64,000 nucleotides of DNA from Octopus vulgaris (GCA_951406725.2 OX597838.1:6572001-6636000), one strand, 5' to 3'. Numbered from the stretch's first letter, positions 28,781-43,832 are shown. A program made the numbers and translations. The notes: generated by a model not told the origin, from the sequence alone.

Positions 28781-29629
28781 AGAGAAATATGCGCATATGT
28801 GTATCCATATAAAAATACGTGTATATGTGTGTGTATACACACACACGCACTTATTCAAACATTTACATAAACATAATGACACAGACGTTACCACAGATGC
28901 TGACGTACTCATACAGACACACATACATACACAAATACATACATACATACACCCAAATACACACACACACATAAATATATACATATATCTGTAAGTGCAA
29001 TAAAAGTTGACAGATCTGGCTGATCTCCATTTGCTAAAATGTCTTAATTATTTATTGGCTTTCCAAATATTTTGGCAAATCTCTACGCAACACTGATTTT
29101 CTTCTCCAAATATGTCTCACTTGCTGACACCTATTTAGATATTAAGGATGTGCTGAAATACTCACATTCAATTGCGAATATCTATCATTGTGTGACTGAT
29201 AAGCATCAAATTACAGTGAAATCATCCCCCAATACTAATAGGCGGCCTTTTAATAAATAATTAAAATCTACATTTACATTAAAACTGTATCTAATTTACC
29301 GGGCATAAAGACTTGATGGTCAAAGCTATAGGGTTGTTTTATTTATGGAGTACTGGGCGTATAGAGGTATTTTTCATATTTTGGAGTAAGTCAAAGAACC
29401 ACAGGTCTTGCAAATCGGTGTGAAACATGTTTTGAAACTACTGTCTTTTACAAATTTCTAATTTCGGAGACATTGCAGTTTTTTCTTTTCTGCAGTGAAT
29501 TGCCCGGATCACTTTTTCTCTCCAAGTGTATGTTCTCGTCTATGATATTTTTCCTGTTTTCAGCTTGCAACTCGACACACGAGCGACTTAGTCAATATAT
29601 GTATTATATGTATTATTCAGGTGACAGCA

Positions 29630-29842
29630 AACATCTACTTTCATTCTACATGTCGAACATAAGTTTTCTCTCCTCTCATCTTTCTCGGGAACATGACAGT
29701 CGTTAATATTATCCTCTAACAGAATGGTTATTACTTTGTAAAACACGTGTTACACAGTCTACCTGCATAATTGTCACCGTCCATCATTTAGATACTTTTC
29801 TTGTGGGTAAGAACCCTGCGAAAGTTGCAGATGTATGCGTAA
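29630..29842 (-). pseudogene. Possible piggyBac transposase C-terminal fragment, duplicated at 31832-32052
   Basis: Minus-strand FRRVL...EDNINDCHVPEKDERRENLCSTCRMKVDVCC resembles a PGBD Cys-rich tail. The duplication itself is directly visible. Confidence 0.4.
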
Positions 29843-29844
29843 TA

Positions 29845-30199
29845 TGACGACGACGACGACGACGATGATGATGATGATGATGACGATGATGATGATCATT
29901 ATCATCATCGTCATCATGATATCGACGAAGATGATGACGATGATTGTGATGAAGTGGATGCTGACTATGACGACGACGTAGAATGGCGTATATTATGTAG
30001 GCAAAATATTGGGCCCGGAATGGTAAACATTCTGTCAGTTCGCCATATTTCAATGAAGGTAATAGCAATAAAAAAATAATATTCTTGATGATGATGATGA
30101 CGACTATGACGATCAGGAGGGATGACGACGACGACGACGACGATGATGATGACGGTGATGATAGTGGTGATAATGATGATGACGATGATGATGATGATA

Positions 30200-30248
<49 letters not shown>

Positions 30249-30271
30249 CGACGAAAATGTTCATGATGATG
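29845..30271. repeat. (GAT)/(GAC)n microsatellites
   Basis: Blocks 29845-29980 and 30087-30271. Confidence 0.9.
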
Positions 30272-30760
30272 AGTAAAAGAGAAAGAAGTAGGAACTGGTA
30301 GAGCAACAGGAAAAGGATGATGATGAGGAGGAGGAGAAGGAAGTGAAAGAAGAGGAGGAGACAGATTTTAATGATTGCAATAAATAATATCCGTTTTGGT
30401 ATTTTGGTATTTATCGACATTGGAACAAAAAAAAAAAAAAAAAAAAAAAACATACGCAGTTATTTTATTCAGTTCCACCCAGAAGAAATATTTCATAGAT
30501 TGCCTGATAATCTTGTTTTTCCCAATTGTATTTACAGTGCTGATGAAAAAGAAACACCTCAACAGAATAGAATTTTGCAGACATGATTACTGGAAACCCA
30601 CGGTTCTTTTACGTTACAACATCATAACTGAAAGTTGTATGCACGCGTGTCGGTATTTCTGTGTTTGCTTCTGTGTGTATTTACATCTATAGAATTATTC
30701 ATCTATATACCTATCTATCTTTAATCTATATAACTAAGTATCTATCCATCTATCTATCTG

Positions 30761-30877
<117 letters not shown>

Positions 30878-30997
30878 TTTATTTAAAAGCAGCAGAATAT
30901 TGTTATATTTATGCTGCTGTTACATAAAGCATATTACTCTACCTCTGGTATTTGAGTACTCTTTTTTCCAACTTTTTCACATTTATGTGCTTACTCC

Positions 30998-31085
<88 letters not shown>

Positions 31086-31831
31086 TATGTATATATGTGT
31101 GTTCAAACACATGCATGCACACACACACAGTTATATAGTATATATGCCTTAGTACTTCGACGCGTGCAAGTATGCAAATGAAACAATTAAGATTTTCCTT
31201 AGTAATTTTTCCAAAATTACGCATTATCTGTGAAATCTATGGAAATCTTGTATGTCGCAAAGGGTGAACAGCTCATTGTTGATAACAAATTTGTTAAGCT
31301 CTGCAGAAATTATATTGCAGTGAAAAGTGATATAATTTTAAACAACTTCAATAACTTGATTTATTCATTTTCTCAAACGAACATTAACCGTTTCCAAATA
31401 GCTTCCTTTCATTGCTTAGCAATAGCCACAGCTTCTACCGGTCTGTAATGTTTCCCTTGTCCGTTCCTTCTTTCCCATCTTTCATGCTACATACAATTCC
31501 GTCTCTTCTTAATTGTCATCAGTATCTTCATCTTGATTATTATCCTAATCATAGTCCTTATTAGCAACACAATTACCATTATGTCTGTCGTCATCATCAC
31601 CATCATCACCAATATAATAATTTTTTTATTCGAATACCTAAAGCATTATGTGGTCGTTGGACATCCTGAAAACAGCAGTTAAATCTATCTGACAAACTCA
31701 CCTAATATTTGCTCCAATAAAGAAATACATGTTGCTGAATGAAGTTTAATATATATACGTATGTAGTAGACACTGATAGAACTCTATTGAACATTTCTTT
31801 CTCGAATAAAAGATGATCTCCAGGTGAAGAA

Positions 31832-32052
31832 AAACATCTACTTTTATTTTTATTCTACATGCTGAACGTAAGTTTTCCCTCCTCTCATCGTTCTCGGGAA
31901 CATGACAGTCGTTAATATTATCCTCTAACAAAATGGTTATTACTTTGTAATACGTGTGTTAGAGAGTTTACCTGCATAGTTGTCACCGTCCATAATTTAG
32001 TTACCTTTCAACTGGTTAAGAACCCTGTGGAAGATGCAGCTGTCTGCGTAAT
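31832..32052 (-). repeat. Second, diverged copy of 29630-29842
   Basis: Shared ctcgggaacatgacagtcgttaatattatcctctaaca and flanks, roughly 80-85% identical by eye. Confidence 0.85.
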
Positions 32053-32299
32053 TCTTCTCCTTTCAGTATATAGCCATCTCTGCAATGACCTCTAGATAAA
32101 GATCATCTTATTGTGATACGAAGTAGCAAGATACCACGCAATCATTAGCTAAGGAGAAGAACGACTCATATCGAGACGTTTCCGCTGTTTTTATCCTTCA
32201 CAAAACAGAATCTTTTCAGGCAGATTCCCGTTTGTCAATTGAGTAAACGTGGAAAACGATCTCGTTCATCATAGGCAGCCTAATGTACTCAGCCCACTG

Positions 32300-33050
32300 C
32301 ACCAGCTGACGTACCTTTGACCTCTTCGTATGGGATACACAATAAAATTCTGAAACGTTAGAAATGTTATCGTCAAAGACAAAATCAGATTATCAGTTCC
32401 CGATGCAGCTTTTCCTGAAAGCGTTGGGTACGGATTTTTGTGGTTTTAGAAGAAGACACTGTTTTAAATGGACAAGTGTATCTTGGACCCGCTGTCAGAA
32501 AATTCTACCCGAGATGCACAACGGAGGCCGGAATGAGTCGGTCAGTTGACAGACTGCACTTTATTTTCCTATTCGTCCTAATTCACTGCATTTTGTAGTC
32601 TGCAAGACTGAGAAATATCATCTTTATTAACAATATTATTCATAATAGAATGAGAAAGTTAAATGCCAGATGCTTTGCTGCTGTTCAAGTCACTTACGTT
32701 CAAATTCGACAGAAATCAATGTCAACATTGATGTACAAAACCCCGATAACATTTGTGTCGTTCTACAACGCTGAGGATATAAACGCATTCACTGCCATCC
32801 ACCTCCTAAAATAGTTTTTGATATTGCGCCTAACTTAAACATTGAAAGGCAGTGGATGGACTAAAACTTCTGGAAAATACTTGCTTGGCCTGTTTCTTCC
32901 TTGGTTCTGTACAGTTTGAAAGATAAATGTGACGAGGATCTCTTAGAGAGGCTGATGAACATATACGAAACAATCTATTTCGAAAGACATTCAAGATAGA
33001 ACTGCTGATATTTTTCAGAGATTGCTCGCTCGATACTGCAATAAGAAGCA
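32300..33050 (+). pseudogene. Possible highly decayed piggyBac (PGBD-like) transposase core
   Basis: Weak motifs in the expected order across frameshifts: DVPLTSSYGIH, GYGFLW, VLNGQVYLG, KYHLY..YYS, PKIV..NLN..AVDGL and FQRLLARY. Confidence 0.4.
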
Positions 33051-33630
33051 TCGCTTGTTTGTGATAAATTCAATGAGCAGGGAAATGTCAACAGCCAGCG
33101 GAATGTCAAAGCCGTTTGTGGCTGTATTTTGGTCCGTGTCCGACGATTCCTAACATTTGACGTTATATCAGCTATTTTCGCGTCTCTGATCATTCGGGCT
33201 ATTCGATGAGTCCGTTATGAAGTGAACTCCGTTGTCTTCTTTCGGTTGCCAGCAATTCTCCATAGATAAATGCTCTTCTTTTATAAGCGCATCATCTGTT
33301 TCAAATACTACTTAGCGGGAAAAGGGTAGATTCCTTCAAAGACAGGTGAATATCGAGAACGTCCCACAGGAATGAAATTGTTACCAGGAAATGCATGCGT
33401 ATGTCTGCCAAACCACAGAGGTGTGTTGGCTGAGGTCAATTGATTTTGGCAGCAAGTATAATCATGATTCGTTCTTGTTTGTTCACCTCTTATCCAAACG
33501 CTTATTACATGTCTTTTATTTATGTATTTGTCCCATGTTCTCATAATCAGTTTTGCAATGAGACCAGCGCTTTTGGTAACTTGTCCTTCCAATGTCCATT
33601 CAGCTCTCTCCCTTGTGGCAAATAAAATAC

Positions 33631-33655
33631 ATTATTATAATTATTATCATCATCA

Positions 33656-33730
<75 letters not shown>
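33631..33730. repeat. (ATT)n microsatellite
   Basis: Direct inspection. Confidence 0.95.
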
Positions 33731-34859
33731 GACGATCATATACTTTAATGTATCTTTACAGAACATTTCGCTTCTCTAAGCGTAGATAATTTGATTAGCT
33801 CTACAATTTTCGCCACAGTATTTGCCGCAGTCCGTGCTATTAGTAATAACTAATGTGGTGATTATATTAAATCTATTTTCCTATCAATATCTTCAGCTGT
33901 CAGTATGAAAAGCTATCAAACAACGTGTGGAATTCACAGCTCATTATAACTGTTATTAAGCAGTACAATGCTGTTAACCACACTAATGTGAATTAGCGTG
34001 ATGCTGCTAAACAATCCGATCTGAAACGCTATGATGTTGCTATTGGAGACTGACCTCAAGTCAGCATGAATGAGTATACCTAGAATCAAACGAGATGAAT
34101 CTGTCACTACTGAGCTTTGATATTTTTGTTTTGTTTTGTTGTTGATTTTTCTGGGGTTTTTTTTTTGTTTTTTTTTAAATTTCAGGGACCAAATCATTCA
34201 ATATGTTCTTAGTTTTCTATAGGACGGTGCTATAAACAATTGAACCGGATATTTTTTTTATCGTTTATTTCTGTGAATCAATGGCCTGCAGCCATGTTGG
34301 GATCACGGATTGGAATGTTATGTCGAAGAAAAAATCAATCGCAGTACTTATTTTTTAAACTCTAGTATTTATTCTCTCGTATTTTGTTGAATTCGCCGGT
34401 TGCGGGGGGATTTGAACAAACCAGTACCATTTCTCCAATGTTGGAACGGACAAGCTCAAAAACAAAGAGATGCACACAAATACCCAGAAGGTAGATATGC
34501 AGTCACACAAACACTGACTCGTACAGATATACACATGTCTCTCCATCTATAGAGAAATACTTGATGATATGTCGCCGGTTATTACACACCCACCCAGGTG
34601 GTGATGTAAAACCGGTCGACCGTTTATTCTAATTATTTCCTCTGAAGCATGCCATAATGAGATTTGAACCAACAACTCAAAAGTGCAGAACAAATATCAC
34701 TGGGCATCTGGTTTAATTTTCTTCTTAACGTTTTAGATTGATAAATTATTGCTCCAGACACTAAAGGATTATCTGAGTTCTGTAGAATTTCATATCGGAA
34801 TGCAGAAGGTCGACATTCTACCCAAACTGAAGACACGTGATTAGGTGGGTACGGAATTT

Positions 34860-35122
34860 GGAACACACTGACAAGGCCGTGTTTTCGATCTACGGTTCAG
34901 TGTTGTGTTTAGGAACAAGACACATTATTTCACAATGATCCAGGCCACCCATCTGGTAAAAATGAACTGTACCAGTATTACGAATGGCCAGCCTTTTTAT
35001 AAGCTATGTCACGCTGAATCGCCATCAGAACTACGGTAAGTGTACGCGTGTCTGATGAGTACTAGTAGACTGTTCTGTTGATCGAGTCAGTTCAAACTCT
35101 CGTCATTATAACCGAACGGTGC
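34860..35122 (+). mobile_element. Degenerate SINE family C
   Basis: gtgttgtgtttaggaacaagacac...tgtcacgctgaatc...ctcgtcattataaccgaacgg resembles the reverse complement of 40501-40826. Confidence 0.55.
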
Positions 35123-35909
35123 CAAATTTCTAGCCGAAATCCTTATAATTTTCCAATCGCTTGCTGTCATATCATGATACCAAATTAACAAAAGATGCAG
35201 AATCCGTCTAGTGTCACCCAAGTTGTCTCGTTGGACAGATATATTTTCCTATTGCTATTCAGATGCAGGTCATTAAAGGGCGGGAAATATTGACCAAGAA
35301 TGATCATCGAACAGGAGCCTTCTCATATATTTCAGTGTATCTAAAACTGTATTATCTAGGCTTAATCTTTGATATTTTTGCCAGGAGTTCCATGATTACA
35401 AGAAAACCATTCAACCATCTAAACATTCTTTCACTGCCTTAACACATAGAGATAGTAAGATGTAGTTTTCAGCAGATTATTTAGCACCAGTAAGCAAATC
35501 TCAGGTTTACTAAAAAAAATCTGTTTTGTTTCTTCTTCTTCTTCTTGAATTACTTTTATGATGTTATGAATTGTCATATTAGGAGCGCCAAACACTGTAA
35601 ATTCAATTACGATTTTGATATTCCAGTGAAACGAACCGACGTTACAGAAATATTCTTTCAGAAGGAAAACAAGGTGTTTGTCAATCAAATGGATTTCGTC
35701 TAAATGTGTTGCATGCTGGATTTAATGAGGTTTTGTCTTGCCTCAGTTTCGTATTAACTCCGGGGCTCACACACACAAACACACAGAACTAAAGCCCTCA
35801 CAAATTCTTCACGTACCAGGAATTTATTTACGTATATATATATATATGTTTATATATTTGTTGTGAAAGATTTTTTATGTGAAGTCGTGTGTTGACCATT
35901 CCGAAATAT

Positions 35910-35981
<72 letters not shown>

Positions 35982-36364
35982 ATGTATGTATATGAATATA
36001 TGTATATATATATATATATGAATGGACATTATAGAGTTAGACGCACACATATACACACACACGCACATGCACACACATTCACACACACACACACACACAC
36101 ACGTACACATACCCACACATACTCACACACAAATATATACATATATATACATATACTTCGTTGTATTTCTATATGTGTCTGCGTATATGTGCTAGCTGCA
36201 TATACCTATCTCTGTCTACAGCAATTACTGTCTCCGTTTCTCTTTGTATCGCTCTCTCTCTCTCACTCTCTCTCTCTCGATATATATATTTATATACATA
36301 TGTGCGTGTTTGTATGAGCATGAGTATTGGTACACACAGGCTCACCCACATATGTACAAGTATA

Positions 36365-36780
36365 TGAATGTATTTATGTATGTACGTCTGTACGTCTGTA
36401 TTTACGTATGTATGTATGTATGTATGTATGTATGTATGTAGGTATGTATGTATGTATGAATGTATGTATGTATGTATGAATGTATGTACGTATGTATGTA
36501 TGTATGAATGTATGTATGTATGTGTCTATGTATGTACGTATGTATGTACGTATGTATGTATGTACGTATGTATGTATGTGTGTACGTATGTATGTATGTA
36601 TGTATGTATGTATGTATGCATGTATGTATGTATGTATGTATGTACGTATGTATGTATGTATGTATGTATGTATGTATGTACGTATGTATGTATGTATGTA
36701 TGTATGTATGTATGTATGTATGTATGTATGTATGAATGTATGTATGTATGTGTGTATGCGTGTATGTATGTATGTATGTG
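36365..36780. repeat. (TATG)n microsatellite
   Basis: Direct inspection. Confidence 0.95.
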
Positions 36781-38756
36781 TTGCTCAAAGTACACAAGAA
36801 TCTATTAGAATTATAGGAAGATCTAAAACCTAAATTACATTCAACTAATACATATAGACATCTAAAATATATGAGCTTTCATTTCTCATTAGCTGTTTGT
36901 TTACTTTGTTAATAGACAGGAGAGCTTTCTAAGAAAATGCAAACTGATTCTGACGTTGCACCGCCATGTCTGGTGACATCATTTTTTGTTGTTGCTGTTT
37001 TTAACGTTATTTGTGGGTTTTGTTGTTGTTATTCTGTGTAGTTGGTCTCATGCTTTAGACTCTCCTTCCTACGTGTTTCTAACCTAAAGCTGTATCCAGT
37101 TCTTGTCTTTCATATCCTGTTTATATCTCCAGATGAACAACAATAGGAAGTCAGGCCAACGAAAATGTCTGAATGGTGGCAAGCAATTTGCAAAAGAGCA
37201 GACATCTATGAAAATTAATGACGCGTCAGCCATTATGAAAAGTACGCGGCAATGAAGGCTAGAACACGGTGTTTCATCGTGTGCCCCGTATGTTAGAGCC
37301 GTTGTACATTTAATTTGGGTCTCAGGTCCCACATGGGGTTACACAAAAGTGTTACGGTCTGCTTTCTCTCTCGACCACGATCTTTATCCAGATTTTTGAA
37401 CATGTATTTTTCAGTGACACATAATGTTTAAACTCTTCCGTAAATACCTTTCAATGCGAGGTCAAAACTCAGAAAACAGTGTGACATTTGTTAATATAAC
37501 CGTTCAGTTGTGTGTGTGTGAGTGGGGGTGCTGTTTGCGTGCGTTCGTGCGTATGTATGTGTTGAGAAGTGTTAAGAAAAAAGGAGTGCGAGAAAATCCG
37601 ATAAGTTGGGTCTTTATCTGTGAAATGTTGGGAACTACAAGATTGAAGAACGTAGTATTCGTTCATCACGACAAACATAATCATCACTGCATATTGGCAA
37701 GTGTCAAGGCTGCGGCATTGATTGAATATTTTTCCTCTATCTCTCTCTCCTATTTTCCGAATTATTATTATAAAAGAAATTATTTTACAAAAATTTCGAT
37801 TACTTATATTCCATCATTTCCTTCCCCACGTGATAACTATTGCTATTCCAGGAATCCACAACACAACACTTCATTTCTTTTCCCTCACTTTTGTTACTTT
37901 TTTTTTTTTTAAACTTTTCTAGCCATGTTATTGAGATTTATCTTTCAAGGAACAGCATTAACGTTTACCCGTGATTTATTATAATACCGGCACATAACAT
38001 AGGCATACAATCTAGCAATTTCGCATAATGCATGATCGATGAAAATCGAAGCAATTTCCTGATTGATAGTGACTTTATCGAACCAAGTAATATGAAAATG
38101 AATGTTGGCCTTGGAAGAATCAGATGCAATATCGGTCCGGTCATGCTTAATATCTATAGATGCTCTTAGTATCTGTTCTTCACAATCTCGTAGACTAACG
38201 GTTTGAATGACACAGATTTGTCTTAGCATGGAAGGCAATAACTGTTGCCCATAAAGATTTTCTGATAAGATATAGTTCATTAATCACCATTGCATATAAT
38301 CTCATAGATAGTAATACCTTATCTGATTTGACATCGTGATAAATGAGTTCTTAATTCTAATCAATAGGTTACCGGCAAATTATATTTTTCATGCTAATTC
38401 TCTTCGTAATGAAACAAATATCTTGAAAGTTATGATTATGTGAGCAGCACATAAAACTATGCCGGTCAGTGCTTTACATTTAGATGAGTTAAGATGCAGT
38501 CACTTGAATTCATGAGACACTTATTTCTAGTTAGACGTATGTATACATAGAGAAATGTGTGAGTGATGTAGATTTACGTATGTATGTTATTTCTATTGTT
38601 ATTCTGTAGCTCGATGTCATTTTAGAGCTAGCAGTCATATGATCGTCTGTTCGTTGGCCTAAAAGCAAACGACCATATTATTTTGCTTTTAACTTACTGA
38701 GGACCAAACATCATATTTAGAAATATATTTTAAAGATATGTGGTTCCGATACAATC

Positions 38757-38955
38757 TTTTACTCTTTTACTCTTTTGCTCGTTTCAGTCATTTGACTGCG
38801 TCCATGCTGGATCACCGCATTTAGTCGAGCAAATCGACCGCAAGACTTATTCTTTGTAAGCCTAGTACTTATTCTATCCGTCATTTCTGCCGAACCACTA
38901 AGTCACGTGGATGTAAACACACCACCATCGGCTGTCAAGCGATTTTAGGGGGACG
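38757..38955 (-). mobile_element. SINE family A 3' half
   Basis: Matches 44526-44720. Confidence 0.85.
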
Positions 38956-39112
38956 CGTTTAAGAACTGACAATGTCGAGTTCAGTTCTACACACCCGCAG
39001 AGAATTGCAGCGGTGAATCGGGGCAGATATTGAGTCTGGTATTAAAGGGATAACGTGTAGTACTTATACGGGAAACCGGGCCCATGAGCATGGCTACGCT
39101 TTAAAAGAGCGC

Positions 39113-39148
<36 letters not shown>

Positions 39149-39149
39149 C

Positions 39150-39243
<94 letters not shown>

Positions 39244-40419
39244 CTTCCAGAGCGTTAAACTAATACACCTGTTTGTTGTTTACACCTGTTTTTGTCTTTT
39301 GTTTCGATTTCTAAATTCAAACTCTGTGTTTGTGTGCGTGTGTGTGTGTGTGTGTGTGTGAGTGTGCGCGTGTGTGCGCGCGCCTATTTGTTTGTATGTA
39401 TATATGTATATTTATAGTCAGTCCTGGTCAAAAATCACCCAACAGAAAATCAAACTTCCATAAACACTACCTGTAATTCTGTACTTATGTGGAATAGATA
39501 AATGTATCGCTCAAGAAGGACCTCAGTTTGAACAATTCTCATGATGTTTCACATTGAGATGCTTTTATTAAATTCATTCATTCGTTAAATATAAATAACT
39601 CTTCAAATTAAATGATTTTGTTCTACTGTAAGGTGAATTTTGGCCAGGCATATGTGTATGTGTATATATATATATATTATATTTATATGTGTGTGTATGT
39701 ATATTACTATGTGTATTAGACGTTCCTTTGTGCTCAAATGATCATCTATGTGTTTCTGTACTAATTTATACACAGCTTAAACATTGCCCTATAAATTTCA
39801 TGTCAGTCTGTCAAATATAATATTTGCATGTTGATCTTCTGCATATTCATGAGAGATAAGTGATCTGAGATAATGTAAAATTAAATTTACTGTTGAAATA
39901 TGCAACATTACACATCAGTTGATTTGAACTCTAGAATTATTGGCTGATACGTTTAGCACCACACCAACATGGTTACTTTATTTAATGTGTTACACGGACC
40001 GATGATATCTTAGTAATCATCTGCTTTTCAATAACATCGAAATAGTACTATAATCATAATTAAATCTGGGGAAAATATTCATTAATTTTAAATTAAATTG
40101 TTGCAATTAATAAACACAATAGGTGATAATCTATGTCATCTTGAAAGCTGATTGGCAGTCTGTGTCTGTCTGTATTTGAAATCATTACTTTTAAGTATTG
40201 TTGAAAACATCGACCGTTAAGCAGCGTTAAGTTCAGTTAGTCTGTGCATAATACAGACGATGGAAACGTACCACTGAAATCCAATAGATTTACTTGAATC
40301 AACTATGTTAATTTCAACGCTCAGATACGATCAGAAATAGCAGTCAAATGACCCGAAAAATCACAGCTGAAATTCCTAGGCATCGAGTCTTAAATCATTT
40401 TATTAATTGATATACAAAA

Positions 40420-41070
40420 ATGAGTTGCGTGGTTAAGTGTTTACTGTATTCGGCCCACCATCATATGGCCGTGAGTTCGATACATGCTGGAACATTAAAA
40501 AGGAGCACTCCGTCAGTTACGGAGACGAGGGTCCCCGCTGATCTGATCAATGGAACAGCCTGCTCGTGAAATTAACGTGAAAGTGACTGAGCAATCCACA
40601 AACACGTGTACCCCTAACGTAGTTCTCGGGGAGATTCAGCGTGACACAGAGAGTGACAAGGCCGGTCCTTTGAAATACAGGTACCACCCATTTTTGCCTG
40701 CTGAGTGGACTGGAGCAACGTGAAATAAAGTGTCTTGCTCAAGGACACAACGCGTCGCTGGGAATTGAACTCACGACCTTACAATCGTGATCCGAATGCC
40801 CTAACCACTAAGCCACGCGCCTTCACTGCTGGAACATTATACCATCGACCATGGAACTTTACTCCACGTTTATCCTGCCCGCGCAACAGGTAAAATGGGT
40901 ATTGCTTGTATTTCAAAGGGCCAGACTTGACACTTTCCGTGTCCCGTTTAACTACATTAAAGGTGCTTAAGACTTTCGTTTGCTCTGACATTAGCACGTT
41001 AATTTCACGAGGAGGCAGTTCTAGAGATCGGGTCAACTGGATCGCCTATCGTGTCAACTGACGGAATCCC
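40420..41070 (+). mobile_element. Old SINE family C copy interrupted by a younger antisense copy
   Basis: Head 40420-40497 (gccgtgagttcgat) continues at 40827-41070 (gtatttcaaagggcc, cacgttaatttcacgag, ctgacggaat). Confidence 0.7.
40498..40826 (-). mobile_element. tRNA-derived SINE family C with 13-bp TSD
   Basis: Head gaaggcgcgtggcttagtggttaggg...gagttcaattccc and CORE/V-like gtgtccttgagcaagacactt. TSD TGCTGGAACATTA at 40485-40497 and 40827-40839. Confidence 0.9.
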
Positions 41071-41462
41071 AGTCATGCAAAATATAATACGAGATAGTCA
41101 TTGCTGAATGCCATGTAGCATTTGTCATATAAATTAGGACACCCTTCAGACATAGGACACCATGAACAATTGCTGAATTTGTGAAACCAAAGTTATTGTC
41201 TATAAGCTAAAGACATCGATTTGACGAATAGGAATCACATATTTTCTGCTAGACACACCTTATTGTCTTCATAGGAAAAGGAATTGAAAATATTAAGACT
41301 AATTGGTATATCTCCATTATTTCTGAGACGTTGGAATATATGAAAGATTAGTAGTTAAAAATTTAACCAAAAAATCAAAATTTAATAACAAATTCTCACT
41401 CAGGTTTTTTTCAAAACTTTTCCGTTTAAAATTTTTTGTCTTTCAAAGTATTTTATTGAAGT

Positions 41463-41635
41463 CTATTAGTCGAATGACTCGCATCCGGCAGCAATTTTTT
41501 AAAGCCTAGTAATTATTCCGTCAGTCCGTTTGCCAAACTACCGCTTAGTTACACAGGAGGGTTATCAAGTGACAAATTCAAAAATAAATACACGCACAAA
41601 CGTTTACAAGCTCTCTCACACACACACATACACAT

Positions 41636-41666
<31 letters not shown>

Positions 41667-41835
41667 CACATATATACGACAAGTTTCTTTCAGTTTCCGT
41701 CTACCAAATCCACTCACAAGGCTTTGATCGGCCCGAGGCTACAGCAGAAGACTCTTGTCCAAGGTGCCACTGAACAGTGGGACTGAACTCGGAACCATGT
41801 AGTTGGGAAGCAAGCTACTTACGACACAATCACTC

Positions 41836-41836
<1 letters not shown>
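41463..41836 (-). mobile_element. SINE family A with degenerate 3' half
   Basis: 41675-41836 clearly matches the head half. A further degenerate head fragment lies at 41960-42088. Confidence 0.75.
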
Positions 41837-41881
<45 letters not shown>

Positions 41882-41883
41882 AC

Positions 41884-41931
<48 letters not shown>

Positions 41932-42343
41932 ATATCTATCTATCTATCTATCAATAGATCAGTTTCTGTCTACCAAATCCGTTCACAAAGTACTGGCCGG
42001 CCAGAGGCTATAAAAAAAGACGCTTCGCCAATGTGCTACGGCAAGGGACTAAACTAAGCAAACTTCATACCAGACAGCTATGCCTGCACCTGTTTTACCT
42101 TCATACATAGAAAATTAAAAGTACATGTGTGGGTGGGTTTTGTGCATAGTGAAGGGCGGTGAGTTGGGTCAATGCGTATTCTTATCAAAGATAAGGATGA
42201 GTCGCACCGTCCCATGCGGCAGGTTTGATATCTACTGACAAATATTCTCTGAAACATAGAATATTTCTCCACCAATACGTTGATGTGCACTCATTCACAC
42301 ACTTTCATATGAGCGTATATGAATATATATATGTATATATAGT

Positions 42344-42380
<37 letters not shown>

Positions 42381-42469
42381 ATATATAAATGCATATATAA
42401 ATATAATTATATATATATATATATATATATATACATACATATATATAAACATATATACATATATATAGT

Positions 42470-42500
<31 letters not shown>

Positions 42501-42532
42501 CATAATTATATATATATACATATATATAAACA

Positions 42533-42626
<94 letters not shown>

Positions 42627-43234
42627 GTGTATACATACTTATGTATCAATTCATTCATACACACATGTTTCATTGTAAGTAGCTACGTTGTAACCTACCA
42701 TCACAAAATATTATCTTCGAAGGAACTTTAAAATGTTCTATATTACATAACAAAACCCAAAATAAATATATAAATAAAAAAAACGCAAACAGCTATACAA
42801 CCTCGATAGAAAACTTTTATCTGACTGGCTCTGACCAACGAAATGCCTGAGTTTATTGAAAACAAAGAAGAAAAACAAGTCATCCAGAAAGGCTGATTGT
42901 TCCATACATCTTACATTTCTCTTCACTGAACACAGCTAAAACTAATAAGTAGAATGTTCATCAGACGTCTTTCGTAGGTTTTATATTTGAAACCAGTTGT
43001 GGTGGCATTAAGTTTTATATTCAAAGTCTGCTTCTGAAATTCTTTTGGCCTGAAAATCTGTCCATCTAAATCCTAGCCAAAAATTCATCACAAACCAAAT
43101 TCCTATACCTATTTCTGTATATCGATCACTGATATATTTATATATTTTTGCAAATTCCTGCTATAAAGTTGCGTTATTTTTTCTTGTCACTTAGTAATAA
43201 TGTGTGTTTGTATGTATATATAAATATATATGTA

Positions 43235-43315
<81 letters not shown>

Positions 43316-43751
43316 TAGTGTGTATGTATGTATGTATTTGTGTATACAAGAAGGGTGAATGGTTGTTCGTGGTTATGTGGGGGTGTTTGGGGAACTGTGT
43401 GCGTGTCTGGTTTGTATGTCTGTGTGTCCGTCTGTGTGTGTATGTGCAGAATGGACAGTATTTATTGACTACAGCCTAATCATTCATCCACAACGATTAA
43501 TGAAATGACACTAATGTATTCACCATCCCTACAAGCGGAATCTATATACACCACCACAAACACACACACTTATATAAATATATATATTTTATCTGTCTGC
43601 CCACCGATAACACACACCGTTTCTTCCTCTCGCTCACACTATACAGATATACATACATACATACATATAAATGTGTGTATGTGTGTGTGTGTGTGTGTGT
43701 GCTTGTGTGTGTGTGTGCATGCGTATGATTATATATATGTATATGGGTGTA

Positions 43752-43832
43752 TACAGGTTGTCCATCAAATAAATTTACATTTTCAAGTGTGGAAACGTGG
43801 ACGTTTTAAAGATGTATTATGGACATATTGTA
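43752..43832. mobile_element. Possible tiny Tc1/mariner-type MITE
   Basis: TA-flanked imperfect TIR CAGGTTGTCCAT ... ATGGACATATTG. Confidence 0.3.

Noticed and set aside
30085-30276. Poly-Asp ORF resembling acidic biomineral proteins
   Set aside because: It is a (GAT)n microsatellite with no signal peptide or splice context.
35052-35100. CTGATGAGTAC motif
   Set aside because: It lies in a degenerate SINE C tail and has no downstream GAAA or stems.
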